Below, in pieces: positions 53,501 to 61,505 of a DNA stretch of 64,000 nt; the first letter of the stretch is position 1, and each line of letters begins with the position of its first letter. Source of the stretch: a bacterium. Its GTDB lineage: Bacteria > SAR324 > XYD2-FULL-50-16. The stretch spans positions 96,001 through 160,000 of the forward strand of contig JAVVEA010000004.1 in the NCBI GenBank assembly GCA_032250835.1, written 5' to 3'. Below the pieces are notes generated by a model. The model did not search any database and had not been told where the DNA came from. It was given only the letters and a program-made list of their open reading frames with translations. Made by a program: the position numbers and the translations under genes.

Positions 53501-54163
53501 CTGTTGTTTACGCTGAACTGGAAGTACGGCGGCAAGGGCGGCTGGGCCAAGAAGGGGATCACCGAAGAACAACTCAAGGCGGACTTAAACGCTTGGGCAG
53601 AGCGCGCCGAGAAAGAAGGCTGGATTGCGCCCCAGGGCGTTTGGGCCGTTTTGCCTTGCCGCCGCGAAGGGGACCGCTTGACTATATATGATGTGAGCGG
53701 CCAGAAGGCCCAGGGGCAGTTGGAGTTTAACGACGTGATTGGTCAGGGGAAGACGGACCGGTTTAATGTAGCCCATTATTTCCGCTCAAAAGAATTGGAC
53801 CTGATCGGTCTGCAATTGAGCACCGCCGGGAAGGCGGTCCAGGCGGCGTTGGCTTCCTTGAAAGGCGAAGACAGCGAAGCTGCTTGGCTGTTGCAGGGGT
53901 TATCGGACCGGGTGGCCGAAGACATGGCGGCTCATTTGGAGTCTTTGATCCGCGCCCACCTCTTTGGCTCCGGCGAAGCGACGACCTGTCGTTATTCACC
54001 GGGCTACCCCGCAATGCAGCAGATCGAAGGCAACGGCCCGATCTTCGAACTGACAGAAGCAGGCCCCCGGTTGGGCGTCTCTCTGACCGATGGCTTCGAG
54101 TTCGACCCCACCGGCAGCACCGCCGCCGTGGTTTGCTTCCACCCGGAGGCGGGGTATCATTAG
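50561..54163 (+). CDS. metH: Cobalamin-dependent methionine synthase
   Basis: DGAMGTMIQ, GINCSIGP, GGCCGT, IGERLN, DVHSIGK and RYSPGYP motifs. Confidence 0.93.
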   Translation: MTREEFQKLLDSQVFLIDGAMGTMIQNYGFGPEVYGGEVFQMLSDLLVFSRPDAVKEVHLAYYRSGSNAVETNSFGASPLRLAEFDFSGLDLSEFPEEFQDINRLPLKEFAYKMSYQAIKIGLAAKEEYAASPEYDGRSLAVLGSIGPSNWVLSPTHADLHKGKFDQIEDNFFEQVRAMIDAGVDILLFETQQDMLELKAAVFGAQRAMKECGREVAIITQVTVDQFSKMQIFHTDVQAALVTLQGIGISAFGINCSIGPDLMRPTVEKLVKYSQIPISVIPNAGLPVSENGQTVFKLQPEDFANFIEPYIEMGVNIVGGCCGTSPAHIAALAQKVKGKTPRPRKPHQGLWVSGPQRAIEIDGDDALVRIGERLNVRGSKKVRDAVENETGIDQSVLEEVVKEQVEDLGIEVLDVCMDSNQVNTAETLVSVIKGQCVDFSGAFCIDSFDVEALAEAIKAYPGRPIINSISLEEYAEGLDKVDAVLAVTKAHAPLYIALTTGPEGPAVTKEQKIDLASQILKKAIEKHGQKPEQFLVDINAFPIGSESEEGMNFALESIHSIKGIKALYPGVKTTIGVGNLTNGLAKKPYMRKVLTSVFLDEARKEGLDAAIVNPQHYVPIESLPESDRALGLKIVLERDMDAFALLEEIAEAKKGGPVVKKTRYEDLSDIEAICQKIKDGHKERSAGQVSLDGASYDYADKIVEQVAKVVRDGMEPLVMINDHLMVAMEQLGEGFADGQVSLPHLLKAADVMKQVMGFLETFMKARQGQSGDVPIKGTVVLGTVYQDVHSIGKDLTKTLMENYGYRVIDLGVQVPLAKFVETAMAEGATTIGASALLVQTSNHMITLSKMMEEAGLGDKVDLLIGGAPVSQRHAAQVALAGREDQMRSNVFYCGSAMDGVNILSQLSEGPRRDELLVKNKERLEEALVTGAQRAANQAALMASLPHRAVSERAGAGIEKAIGPQEVHIPLTQFVEKLNQTLLFTLNWKYGGKGGWAKKGITEEQLKADLNAWAERAEKEGWIAPQGVWAVLPCRREGDRLTIYDVSGQKAQGQLEFNDVIGQGKTDRFNVAHYFRSKELDLIGLQLSTAGKAVQAALASLKGEDSEAAWLLQGLSDRVAEDMAAHLESLIRAHLFGSGEATTCRYSPGYPAMQQIEGNGPIFELTEAGPRLGVSLTDGFEFDPTGSTAAVVCFHPEAGYH

Positions 54164-54213
54164 CTGAACCGGCAGAGCCCAAAACCCGGCGGAGCCAAAA
54201 TAAGCGGGGTCCA

Positions 54214-54330
54214 GGGGCCATCGGCCTCTGGCGCTCCCATCCCGTCGGGCTTCCCCCGACGCTTGAGGGTGTGAATCCCCAAGCGTTTTAGGCCCTTCCT
54301 TTCTTGGCCAAGGGGGGCACAAGGCCTCTT
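54214..54330. repeat. Cluster of short REP-like palindromes
   Basis: ccaggggcc-atc-ggcctctgg, cgtcggg-cttc-cccgacg and acgcttg...caagcgt. Confidence 0.55.
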
Positions 54331-54350
54331 CAAGGAATTAAGATTTGGGA

Positions 54351-54533
54351 CTACTTTTTTTGGCTGGCAAAAAAAGTAGCAAAAAAACCAGCCCCCAGGT
54401 GGCTCGCCGCTAAGACCCCGTACGCCAAGCTACGCTAAAAGCCAAAACTCGCCCTCGCTACGCTCGGAGCTCAGACAGTTGGCTTTCTTAACGCTACGCT
54501 TGGCTACGGGCTCTAAGCGCCTCACCAACGGGG
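54351..54533. repeat. Structured ~180-nt palindromic element
   Basis: 12-bp stem 54351-54362/54368-54379 followed by nested stems cccgta/tacggg, gccaagc/gcttggc and aaagccaa/ttggcttt. Confidence 0.6.
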
Positions 54534-54681
54534 GTATCAAAAGACCCTATCCACCAAGGCGTTTCGAAGCCAAAGGCCGAAGGTGACGGGCATGACGCCG
54601 CAAGCACTGCAAGTGTTGCTCATGTTAACTGTCGGTGAAGCCGACTCCCTACTGCTCGAAGCTCGAACAATTTGGCCTTTT

Positions 54682-54822
54682 GGCTGGGCAATACTCGCCG
54701 GCTCGCATTGCTACCCACGCAGCCCTCGGCCTGACGGCCTCGAAGCTGCTTAGCGCGGCTAGGGGCTCTAAGCCGCTCGCAAAAGGGAACCCAGGACCCT
54801 TATCCCGCAAGTCTTGGGATTT
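54682..54822 (+). repeat. Left arm of a ~140-bp inverted repeat
   Basis: About 91% identical (13 differences in 141) to the reverse complement of 57420-57559. Confidence 0.93.
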
Positions 54823-54933
54823 ACCGGCGCAAAATTAGGCAACGGTCCCCTGAATTAGGGTGAACTATCAGGGAACTTTCTTGAAGTTTCGCCCTACTCC
54901 GGCTATTATATGGGGTAGCACAAGGAGAGCAAA

Positions 54934-55128
54934 ATGATCCAACTTCATACCGAATTTTTGGTTGATGAGTCAGGGCAGAAGAAGGCCGTTCTTTTGCCTT
55001 TGAAGGACTGGGAGCAGGTCCTTTGCGAGCTGGAAGAGTTGGATGACATCCGCGCCTATGACCAAGCAAAACAGTCTCCCGAGGAATTTGTTCCTCTGGA
55101 AGAAGGTCTGAAGCTCCTCCGCAAGTAG
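54934..55128 (+). CDS. Putative type II antitoxin
   Basis: AGGAG RBS; acidic 64-aa protein (LVDESGQKKAVLLP...ELEELDDIRAYD) directly upstream of the relE remnant. Confidence 0.75.
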   Translation: MIQLHTEFLVDESGQKKAVLLPLKDWEQVLCELEELDDIRAYDQAKQSPEEFVPLEEGLKLLRK

Positions 55129-55132
55129 GCAG

Positions 55133-55321
55133 GTGAGCTACCAAGTCCTGCTCTCTCGCAGCGCAATCAAATCCCTCAAAAAGTAACGCCAGCTGACCGA
55201 CCGCGCCTGGCGCATCCGCGTCGGTAACTACCGAATCATCTACGAAATCAACGAAGGCGAATTAAAGATTTTGGTGATCCTGATCGGTCACCGCAAGGAA
55301 GTCTATCGTGAAATCAGGTGA
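55133..55321 (+). pseudogene. relE: RelE/ParE-family toxin pseudogene
   Basis: VSYQVLLSRSAIKSLKK* then WRIRVGNYRIIYEINEGELKILVILIGHRKEVYR; early stop and missing middle. Confidence 0.85.
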
Positions 55322-55510
55322 CTGAATACCAATAGACAGTTACTAAAGAAAAACAGCTGCAAGTCAGCATCGACTACTACCAAAATTTCAAAAATAGGTA
55401 TACTGTCGCCTGATTTACAGGATTCCGACAGGGCTCTCAGACCATCGAGATCATCGACTGTCGATTGCGCTCGTTAGAATGATAATCAAAATTTCTAAGG
55501 TTTCCACGGT

Positions 55511-56065
55511 ATGTATACCCTATTTTTCTACGCAATATTTTTCATCTACGTGGCTGCGACAGTAATTCTCAGTTGGCGTTGGCCTGCCGTTCGATGGGAA
55601 TATGATTTGATTTGGAACTATTGTTTGATTGTCATTTCGGTCCTTACGGTAGCCGCGCTAAAAATCGAAATTAGTAAGCTCCAGACAAGCCTTTTGGCAA
55701 AACTAGTCGTTTTTTTAACCGTGGTTATAAACATCGGCTTAACGTTCAGATTGCTGACAGTCAGTGATCACGTCGAGGTTGATGTTTCGCTTCTGTTTAA
55801 TTCATTTCTCCCCTTCATTGTTACCAATATTGGGGTGCTATTTTTTTGGGCGTACATCTTCGCACAACCAGGGACAAATAAATATGAAGTTGCGCACACA
55901 ATGAGCTTCGGCGCTCCAATAATCTTGGTCCTCGGAATGGGGTGTTTCCATTTAACTGGACCCGGAATTAGTGAAAATTTTTTTGTTGCCTCAATGACAA
56001 TTTGCGTAATCAATATGATTCCCTTCCTCGTTGCTGCAAGACGCCTAGCGGACAAAGATGAATGA
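55511..56065 (+). CDS. AT-rich multi-pass membrane protein
   Basis: 184 aa with ~6 hydrophobic segments; overlaps the next gene by 8 nt. Confidence 0.7.
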   Translation: MYTLFFYAIFFIYVAATVILSWRWPAVRWEYDLIWNYCLIVISVLTVAALKIEISKLQTSLLAKLVVFLTVVINIGLTFRLLTVSDHVEVDVSLLFNSFLPFIVTNIGVLFFWAYIFAQPGTNKYEVAHTMSFGAPIILVLGMGCFHLTGPGISENFFVASMTICVINMIPFLVAARRLADKDE

Positions 56066-57377
56066 CAAAAAAATTAACATAACAAACAAGGCAAGACATC
56101 TTCTATCACTTCTATATTCTTTTTTCCGGGGAAAGGTAGTAGAAGTGTCTTCCTATCTTTTTAGGATCGCGGCCAAGTGGACAATATTATTGCATATTTT
56201 CAGGGCCATTTCTAGATGCTTAGAAAGCCGCTATCTTTTAGTTCTTTATATTGTTTGTTTAGAGTTCATTGTTGTTCTTATTCTAGCTATAACTGCGAGT
56301 TCTTTTTGGTCCTTTGATAACCGTAGAATTGATCAATACGAGAAAGTTTGCATTTTATACTTGGCTGTTTTTGGGGAGTCAGAAAGGTGTACGGAGGTGC
56401 TGGCCGAAGGAAACATGCTTGTGACGTTTCAAAACAACGAGACGTCAGGTCACTTTTTTAAGATCACTCACTCGCCACAAGATGGGATTCACTTAGATTT
56501 AAACGTACAGTTCTTTAACTATAAGGACTATCTTTCTGTAATGATATTTGTTTTTTCAATAGCAATTTACAACTTTTTGTTGCTGCAAACCCAGGTTCGG
56601 ATCTTCATTAAAGAAATTGTATGGATGAATCTCTCAATAGCGGGATTAGGTTTTTTGGTTTTCTTTTTCGGTCAAGCGTGGCTGGATAATTGGCTGTTCA
56701 TAGACTCAGCCCTGCGTTCCCCTTGGGTCGCCATTATTGTTACCATTGTGACTATGTATTTATTTTTAATGTGGTTTGGTCGGTATCAGAGGCTAAATCG
56801 GAAACAACTGATCGAGGCACTTATTGGTGGAATATCTTTGTTGGGTTTTTCTTTGTTCTTAAAGTATGGAGTTGTTGAAAATCGAATATCCCAGCAGGTG
56901 TATATAGATTTTTCAGAGGAATTGCCGGGTTTTGATGCGGGCTTCTATAAAGCTGATAAAAATCAATACTCTCAAATGAACAAGGTTTTATCAAGAATTC
57001 AGAAAGCCATTGCTGAATATGGATTGGAAGCGAACACTCTCGTAGTGGAAGGCCATACCTCTCCTGAGCAAATTAAGGATCAAAACCCATGTGGACGAGA
57101 TCCAGAGCTATGTTCGAAATGGCGGAGCTATCGCATTGATAAGGCGGTTTCAGATAAACAAGGAAACTTAATTCCTTTAAAATCCAACATTGAGTACTTT
57201 TTTAATAGTAATATTGAGCTTGGTTTTTTGAGAGCTTATGTAGTTTGGGATTTTTTAAACCGCCAAAGAACAGAAAAACTACCGACAATACAAAGGATTT
57301 ATCCAGTATCGGTTTCCCATTTCTATCCAAGCCCTAAAAAGACCAGGAGAGTGATTGTCAGGTTGATAAAGCAATAA
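56058..57377 (+). CDS. AT-rich multi-TM protein with C-terminal OmpA/MotB-like domain
   Basis: About 5 TM segments, then LVVEGHTS...NIELGFLRAYVVWDFL...RRVIVRL. Confidence 0.7.
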   Translation: MNDKKINITNKARHLLSLLYSFFRGKVVEVSSYLFRIAAKWTILLHIFRAISRCLESRYLLVLYIVCLEFIVVLILAITASSFWSFDNRRIDQYEKVCILYLAVFGESERCTEVLAEGNMLVTFQNNETSGHFFKITHSPQDGIHLDLNVQFFNYKDYLSVMIFVFSIAIYNFLLLQTQVRIFIKEIVWMNLSIAGLGFLVFFFGQAWLDNWLFIDSALRSPWVAIIVTIVTMYLFLMWFGRYQRLNRKQLIEALIGGISLLGFSLFLKYGVVENRISQQVYIDFSEELPGFDAGFYKADKNQYSQMNKVLSRIQKAIAEYGLEANTLVVEGHTSPEQIKDQNPCGRDPELCSKWRSYRIDKAVSDKQGNLIPLKSNIEYFFNSNIELGFLRAYVVWDFLNRQRTEKLPTIQRIYPVSVSHFYPSPKKTRRVIVRLIKQ

Positions 57378-57419
57378 TGTTTACGCTAATCAGCGTTATT
57401 GTATATATTTTTCAGCCCC

Positions 57420-57559
57420 AAATCCCAAGACTTGCGGTTTACGATCTTGGGTTCCCTTTTGCGAGCGTCTTAGAGCCCCTAGCCGCGCTAAGCAGCTTCA
57501 AGAACCTCAGGCCGAGGGCTGCGTGGGTAGCAATGCGAGCTGGCGAGTAATGCCCAGCC
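57420..57559 (-). repeat. Right arm of the ~140-bp inverted repeat
   Basis: Reverse complement of 54682-54822. Confidence 0.93.
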
Positions 57560-57643
57560 TAAGGCGTCGGTGCAGCCGACACAAGTTCCCAAGGGCCCCT
57601 GGGCCCCGCTTACTTGACCTTTTCTAAGGGCAACTTAGGTATT

Positions 57644-58207
57644 TTAGTTCAGAATATTGGCCAACGCCGCCTCGGTCCGGGTGCCGTCCTTAAAGTCCTC
57701 ATTGAGGTGCAACACCCCCGCTTGATCAAAAACCAAAGTGATCCCCATGGTCCCGTTAAACTCGCCCACCGCCGCTTGGTTAACGTCCGCAAGGGCGGTC
57801 AAGCCCGAGCTGGCAAATCCGCTTTCCACCAATTCGCGGGCCGTCGCCGCCGAACTCCCCGAGACGTAATCGATCAGGTAATAACCCGCCGTGGGATACA
57901 TCGCCTTGGTGTGGTTGCTGAGGTGGTCCTGGTGGCTGGCGCAGATCGGGCACCACATGGTGAAATAAAAGACTGTAGCGGGGTGCTGGGCCACCAAGTC
58001 ACTCAATTGCACCGCGTTGCCGCTGGTGTCGTACAAGGTGAGATTTAAATTGGTTCCCGATTGCTCCGTTTCGCCCTGGGCGTTGACCTGGGTTTGGTCG
58101 CGCTGGTCGGTGGCGCTGGGGTTGAGGTCGTCGGCTATATCCTTACAGCCCACCAAAGCGAACAACCCAAGGGCCACCCAAAGGGACTTGAATTTAGAAA
58201 AATACAT
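57644..58207 (-). CDS. Thioredoxin-fold (redoxin) lipoprotein
   Basis: Lipobox LVG-C; VFYFTMWCPIC motif. Confidence 0.8.
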   Translation of the reverse strand: MYFSKFKSLWVALGLFALVGCKDIADDLNPSATDQRDQTQVNAQGETEQSGTNLNLTLYDTSGNAVQLSDLVAQHPATVFYFTMWCPICASHQDHLSNHTKAMYPTAGYYLIDYVSGSSAATARELVESGFASSGLTALADVNQAAVGEFNGTMGITLVFDQAGVLHLNEDFKDGTRTEAALANILN

Positions 58208-59141
58208 GGCTTAAGGAGAAGCTAAGGGTTTGGGTCTTCGGGAAGTTTGTTCCCGAAAGGCTGTTGTTCCAACTACCTTTGACGATCCAGTCTTTTTCGC
58301 CAGTGGACCAAGCGCCGGTCAGGCTGAAGCTACGTTTGGAAACTTCCGTGCCTTCGGTCGGAACGCCATTGATCCGGGCGGCGGCCTCAACCATGTCGGC
58401 CATCGCCCCCGTTAAGGTGAAGATGTCGAAGCTGTAAAGCTGCCAGCTATAGCCCAAAGAAAGGCCCTGGGTTTGGCGGTCGCCCAAGACTTTGTCGTAA
58501 GGCTTGACCCAAGAGCCATATTCGCGGTTCACAGGACGGGTGAAATGTTTGCCATAACCGAAGTTGACCCCGGCATTAAAACCGCCAATGGATTTTTCGA
58601 TGTTCACCGTCGCATCGGCGCGGTAAAAGCCCCGTCCGGTGATGTCGAAGCTGTTGCGGACGTCGTCGTAAGGAGAGATGCCAGTGGGGACCGTCAAGCC
58701 CAGCCCGAAATAAATTGCTGGGCGTAGGTCCGAAATGTCGCGCACTTCGGTCACGCAAGTGACCTCGTCAAAGGTTTCGTAGAGCAGGTTTACGGATGTA
58801 TCACCTAAGCCCTGGGTGCGGCTGGTGATCCCCGAATAGCGGTTGTTGTTGTCAACATATGAGCCCACCACCGAACCCTGCCAACGCCCAGCAAAGCGGT
58901 AGCCATAGCCCGCCGAGATGCGGTTTTGGGAGAGCGAAGAGTTGGCCGGGTCCGGGCGGTAGGTGCCCGCGCCGTCCCAATAACCGTCGTAGACCTCGCG
59001 AGCCACCGAGACATCGACCATCTGCGGCCCGCCCTTGGGCAAGATCAACGCCCCCGCCGAGCCCCCGCCGCAGCAGGATGCGGCCTGTAAAGAGGCGGGC
59101 AGCCAAAGGGAAAGCGAGAAAAGCAAAACAAAATACTTCAT
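58194..59141 (-). CDS. Outer membrane beta-barrel transporter-like protein with N-terminal Cys pair
   Basis: Signal peptide followed by ASCCGGG; GLGD and GLTVPTG motifs; C-terminal FF. Confidence 0.7.
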   Translation of the reverse strand: MKYFVLLFSLSLWLPASLQAASCCGGGSAGALILPKGGPQMVDVSVAREVYDGYWDGAGTYRPDPANSSLSQNRISAGYGYRFAGRWQGSVVGSYVDNNNRYSGITSRTQGLGDTSVNLLYETFDEVTCVTEVRDISDLRPAIYFGLGLTVPTGISPYDDVRNSFDITGRGFYRADATVNIEKSIGGFNAGVNFGYGKHFTRPVNREYGSWVKPYDKVLGDRQTQGLSLGYSWQLYSFDIFTLTGAMADMVEAAARINGVPTEGTEVSKRSFSLTGAWSTGEKDWIVKGSWNNSLSGTNFPKTQTLSFSLSHVFF

Positions 59142-59159
59142 ATGGATTTTGGGCCAGGA

Positions 59160-59179
59160 GGCCGGGCCGAAGCCCGGCC
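59160..59179 (-). terminator. Intra-operon hairpin with UUCG loop
   Basis: On the minus strand GGCCGGGC-UUCG-GCCCGGCC, just after the lipoprotein stop; no strong U-tract. Confidence 0.5.
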
Positions 59180-59195
59180 CCCAAAGGGTTTACCT

Positions 59196-60830
59196 CTAAG
59201 GAGTGACCGTGAAGGTAGCGTAGCCGTTGCTGGTACCTACGGCGGAGCCGTCGGTGGTCAGTTGGCTGCTGTCTAGAGTCGCTTTGATGTAAATCTTGCC
59301 GCTGGTCCCGCTGGTCAACCCGCTGATCCCGCTCAAGGTCCAAACACCAGAGCCCGAGCTGGTCATGTTGGTCCAGGTGCTGGCGTCGGTGCTGGCTTGC
59401 AGGGTAATGGTCGTCGGGGTGAAGGCGTAGCTGGTTCCCGTGTTGTAAGTCGTTCCGCTAACAATCGCCGGGAAGCTCATCATCGATTCACGGGTGGCCA
59501 AATACACACTAAAGGTATGCGACCCGGTGCTACCGCTCAGGCTGTTTTTGAACAAGAAGAAGTAGCGGGCTTCGGTGCCGCCGGACATGGCCATGGTTAG
59601 GGCGGTCTGGTGGCGCAGTGTGGCGCGGGTGGTGTCGGACATCGAAGGCTTGACCAGCGGGTAAAAGACCGCCGATTCGGTGGCGCCGCTCTTGGTGACC
59701 TTGGCGGTCAGTTGCCAATAGCCCATTTGGGTGGTCCCCATGTAACTGGGCATCAGGTAATAGAGCGTACAGCTGTGGGTTCCAGCGGTGCTGCTTTCGG
59801 TGCAGCCCACCACCGGAGAACTGTGGCTGTAAGAATCCATATGCATCATCGGGGTCAGCGCCAAGCTGGCACCGCTCACCGCGTTGCCCGAGTGATCGGC
59901 AACCTTCAGGCTGAACATAGTCTTGCCCTGCATGGCCGCCATGCTGCCGGGAACGTAGGTGACCATATAGCTGGAGGTTTTGACCATTTTACCGAAGGCC
60001 GTATTATCCAAGTCACTGGCCACTAAGCCCGTTTTGTTTTGGGTGCCTTCAAAAAAGCCCCGGTAGGCGGTGTCAAACTGGCTGGGGAGCGCCGCCGAAA
60101 GGTCCGATCCGGCAAAACTTAACTGGCTGCTGCCTGCTTTGCCGTCCAGGCTGCCGTCGGCCAAGTCTTGGCCCAAGATAGCCAGAAGGCTGTCCTGATC
60201 ACTGGCGGCACCGCCCAGATTTTTGTTCAGTTGGCTGAAGCTGGCGGCGCGCAGACCGGCCTTCTTTTGGGCAGTGGTAGCGGTAGCATCGGGGGTGCTG
60301 GTCGCTGAAATGGGCAGTTGGCTATGGTCGACGCTATAGCCAAACTGGTCGCTAAAGGCGGCGCGGGCGGCGGTTAGACGGTCGGCCAGAGTGGTGACGC
60401 TACTGTGGTGCGTTGCCCACTGCGCGGCGGCGGTGGCCACAATGGTGGTCTCGGGCGTTAGGCTTACGCTTGTGGCGGTACTGCTCAGCTCGTTGGCGGC
60501 TACGTAAGCCGAGAGCCCGTTGGTGGCGTTGACACTGCTGCCGGTGGCTTCGTCGGTATAAGAACCGCCGGTGGCGGTGAAGAGCAGCGTTTGGGCGCGT
60601 TGTTCTTCAGTTAAAGCTACGCTGTAGTTTCCGTCGGCATCGGTGGTGGTGGTCGTAAACCAAACTCTGCCTTGTTCATCGGCCACTTGTACCTGAGCAC
60701 CGGCAGTGGGGCCAGCCATCACCCGGCCCGAAATGGTGACGTCGTTGTTGGTGCTGTCGTTAGCCGACTTACAGCCCACCGATAGGGCCGAGAGGGCCAC
60801 AAGGCCCCAAAAGGTCATCTTAAATTGCAT
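59196..60830 (-). CDS. Ser/Thr-rich surface lipoprotein with Ig-like and YtkA/FixH-like domains
   Basis: Lipobox LSVG-C, TTDADGNY, PMMHMDSYSHSSP and YYLMPS...MGYWQL motifs. Confidence 0.75.
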   Translation of the reverse strand: MQFKMTFWGLVALSALSVGCKSANDSTNNDVTISGRVMAGPTAGAQVQVADEQGRVWFTTTTTDADGNYSVALTEEQRAQTLLFTATGGSYTDEATGSSVNATNGLSAYVAANELSSTATSVSLTPETTIVATAAAQWATHHSSVTTLADRLTAARAAFSDQFGYSVDHSQLPISATSTPDATATTAQKKAGLRAASFSQLNKNLGGAASDQDSLLAILGQDLADGSLDGKAGSSQLSFAGSDLSAALPSQFDTAYRGFFEGTQNKTGLVASDLDNTAFGKMVKTSSYMVTYVPGSMAAMQGKTMFSLKVADHSGNAVSGASLALTPMMHMDSYSHSSPVVGCTESSTAGTHSCTLYYLMPSYMGTTQMGYWQLTAKVTKSGATESAVFYPLVKPSMSDTTRATLRHQTALTMAMSGGTEARYFFLFKNSLSGSTGSHTFSVYLATRESMMSFPAIVSGTTYNTGTSYAFTPTTITLQASTDASTWTNMTSSGSGVWTLSGISGLTSGTSGKIYIKATLDSSQLTTDGSAVGTSNGYATFTVTP

Positions 60831-60846
60831 CGTTTTTTTCAGACAA

Positions 60847-60947
60847 AGGTCCCTCTACTCCCGGTTCATGCAGGAGCAGAAAAAATAAGGGTTTTTTCAC
60901 AAGCTAAAGGTCGAGAATAAATTCCCGATTAGGCTTGTGGGGGACCT
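60847..60947 (-). promoter_or_regulatory. Candidate structured leader/attenuator
   Basis: 60941-60947 is complementary to 60847-60853 and encloses two hairpins. Confidence 0.5.
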
Positions 60948-61294
60948 CGGTCGTTTGGATGCCGCTCGAAAGAAGAGCAAATATGCAGGGGAGCCGCCAC
61001 CAACAGGGTGGGGACGAAAGAAAGTGAAGGCTGGTCAGTAACCTGGGCCGGGTCAACCACCAGCAACGCCGCACCGCAAAGGTCGCAGTCGCCGCAATCA
61101 TGCTCGGTCGCTGGGCCGTCTTGGTTTGCCGTGGCACCGACGGAGCAGACAAACTGGTTGCTGCTAAGCAGTTCTTCTAAGCTGAGCTGAAAATCACCGG
61201 CCATCAACACCGTAGGCAGCGCAAAGACGCCATGCATCAGCAGGGCGAGCAGCAGCAGAGGTGTATAAAAGGGCTTTTTCAACGAGCGGGTCAT
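60929..61294 (-). CDS. DUF2946-like leader protein (CxxCxxC, C-terminal RGPP)
   Basis: Signal-like N-terminus, FVC, HDCGDCDLC and ...RGPPQA*. Confidence 0.75.
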   Translation of the reverse strand: MTRSLKKPFYTPLLLLALLMHGVFALPTVLMAGDFQLSLEELLSSNQFVCSVGATANQDGPATEHDCGDCDLCGAALLVVDPAQVTDQPSLSFVPTLLVAAPLHICSSFERHPNDRGPPQA

Positions 61295-61505
61295 GAACTC
61301 AGTTTTCGGCGGTTAACGGAACGCATTGGATAACCAACCTAAAGGCTCTCGGTCAAGTAAAGCTTTTTTGATGGGGTCGGTTGTTGAGTGATAGAACGGG
61401 GGGTCTTGAGTTTACTAAGCTTGGCGGCTTCTGCCAAGCGCTAGTGCCGAGTAGCGGCTCCCATCGTTACCAACGGCTGATAGATCGAATGACCCCATTG
61501 AGACG

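Noticed and set aside
54170-54830. Palindrome region as a CRISPR array or attC array
   Set aside because: No regularly spaced direct repeats, no cas or integrase genes, and no clear attC boundaries.
55318-55482. Possible decayed ORF overlapping the relE stop (GTGA)
   Set aside because: Two in-frame stops in ~55 codons and no recognisable family.
55511-57377. Calling this pair Zorya zorA/zorB
   Set aside because: The first protein lacks the long ZorA tail, the second has several TM segments, and no zorC/D/E is present.
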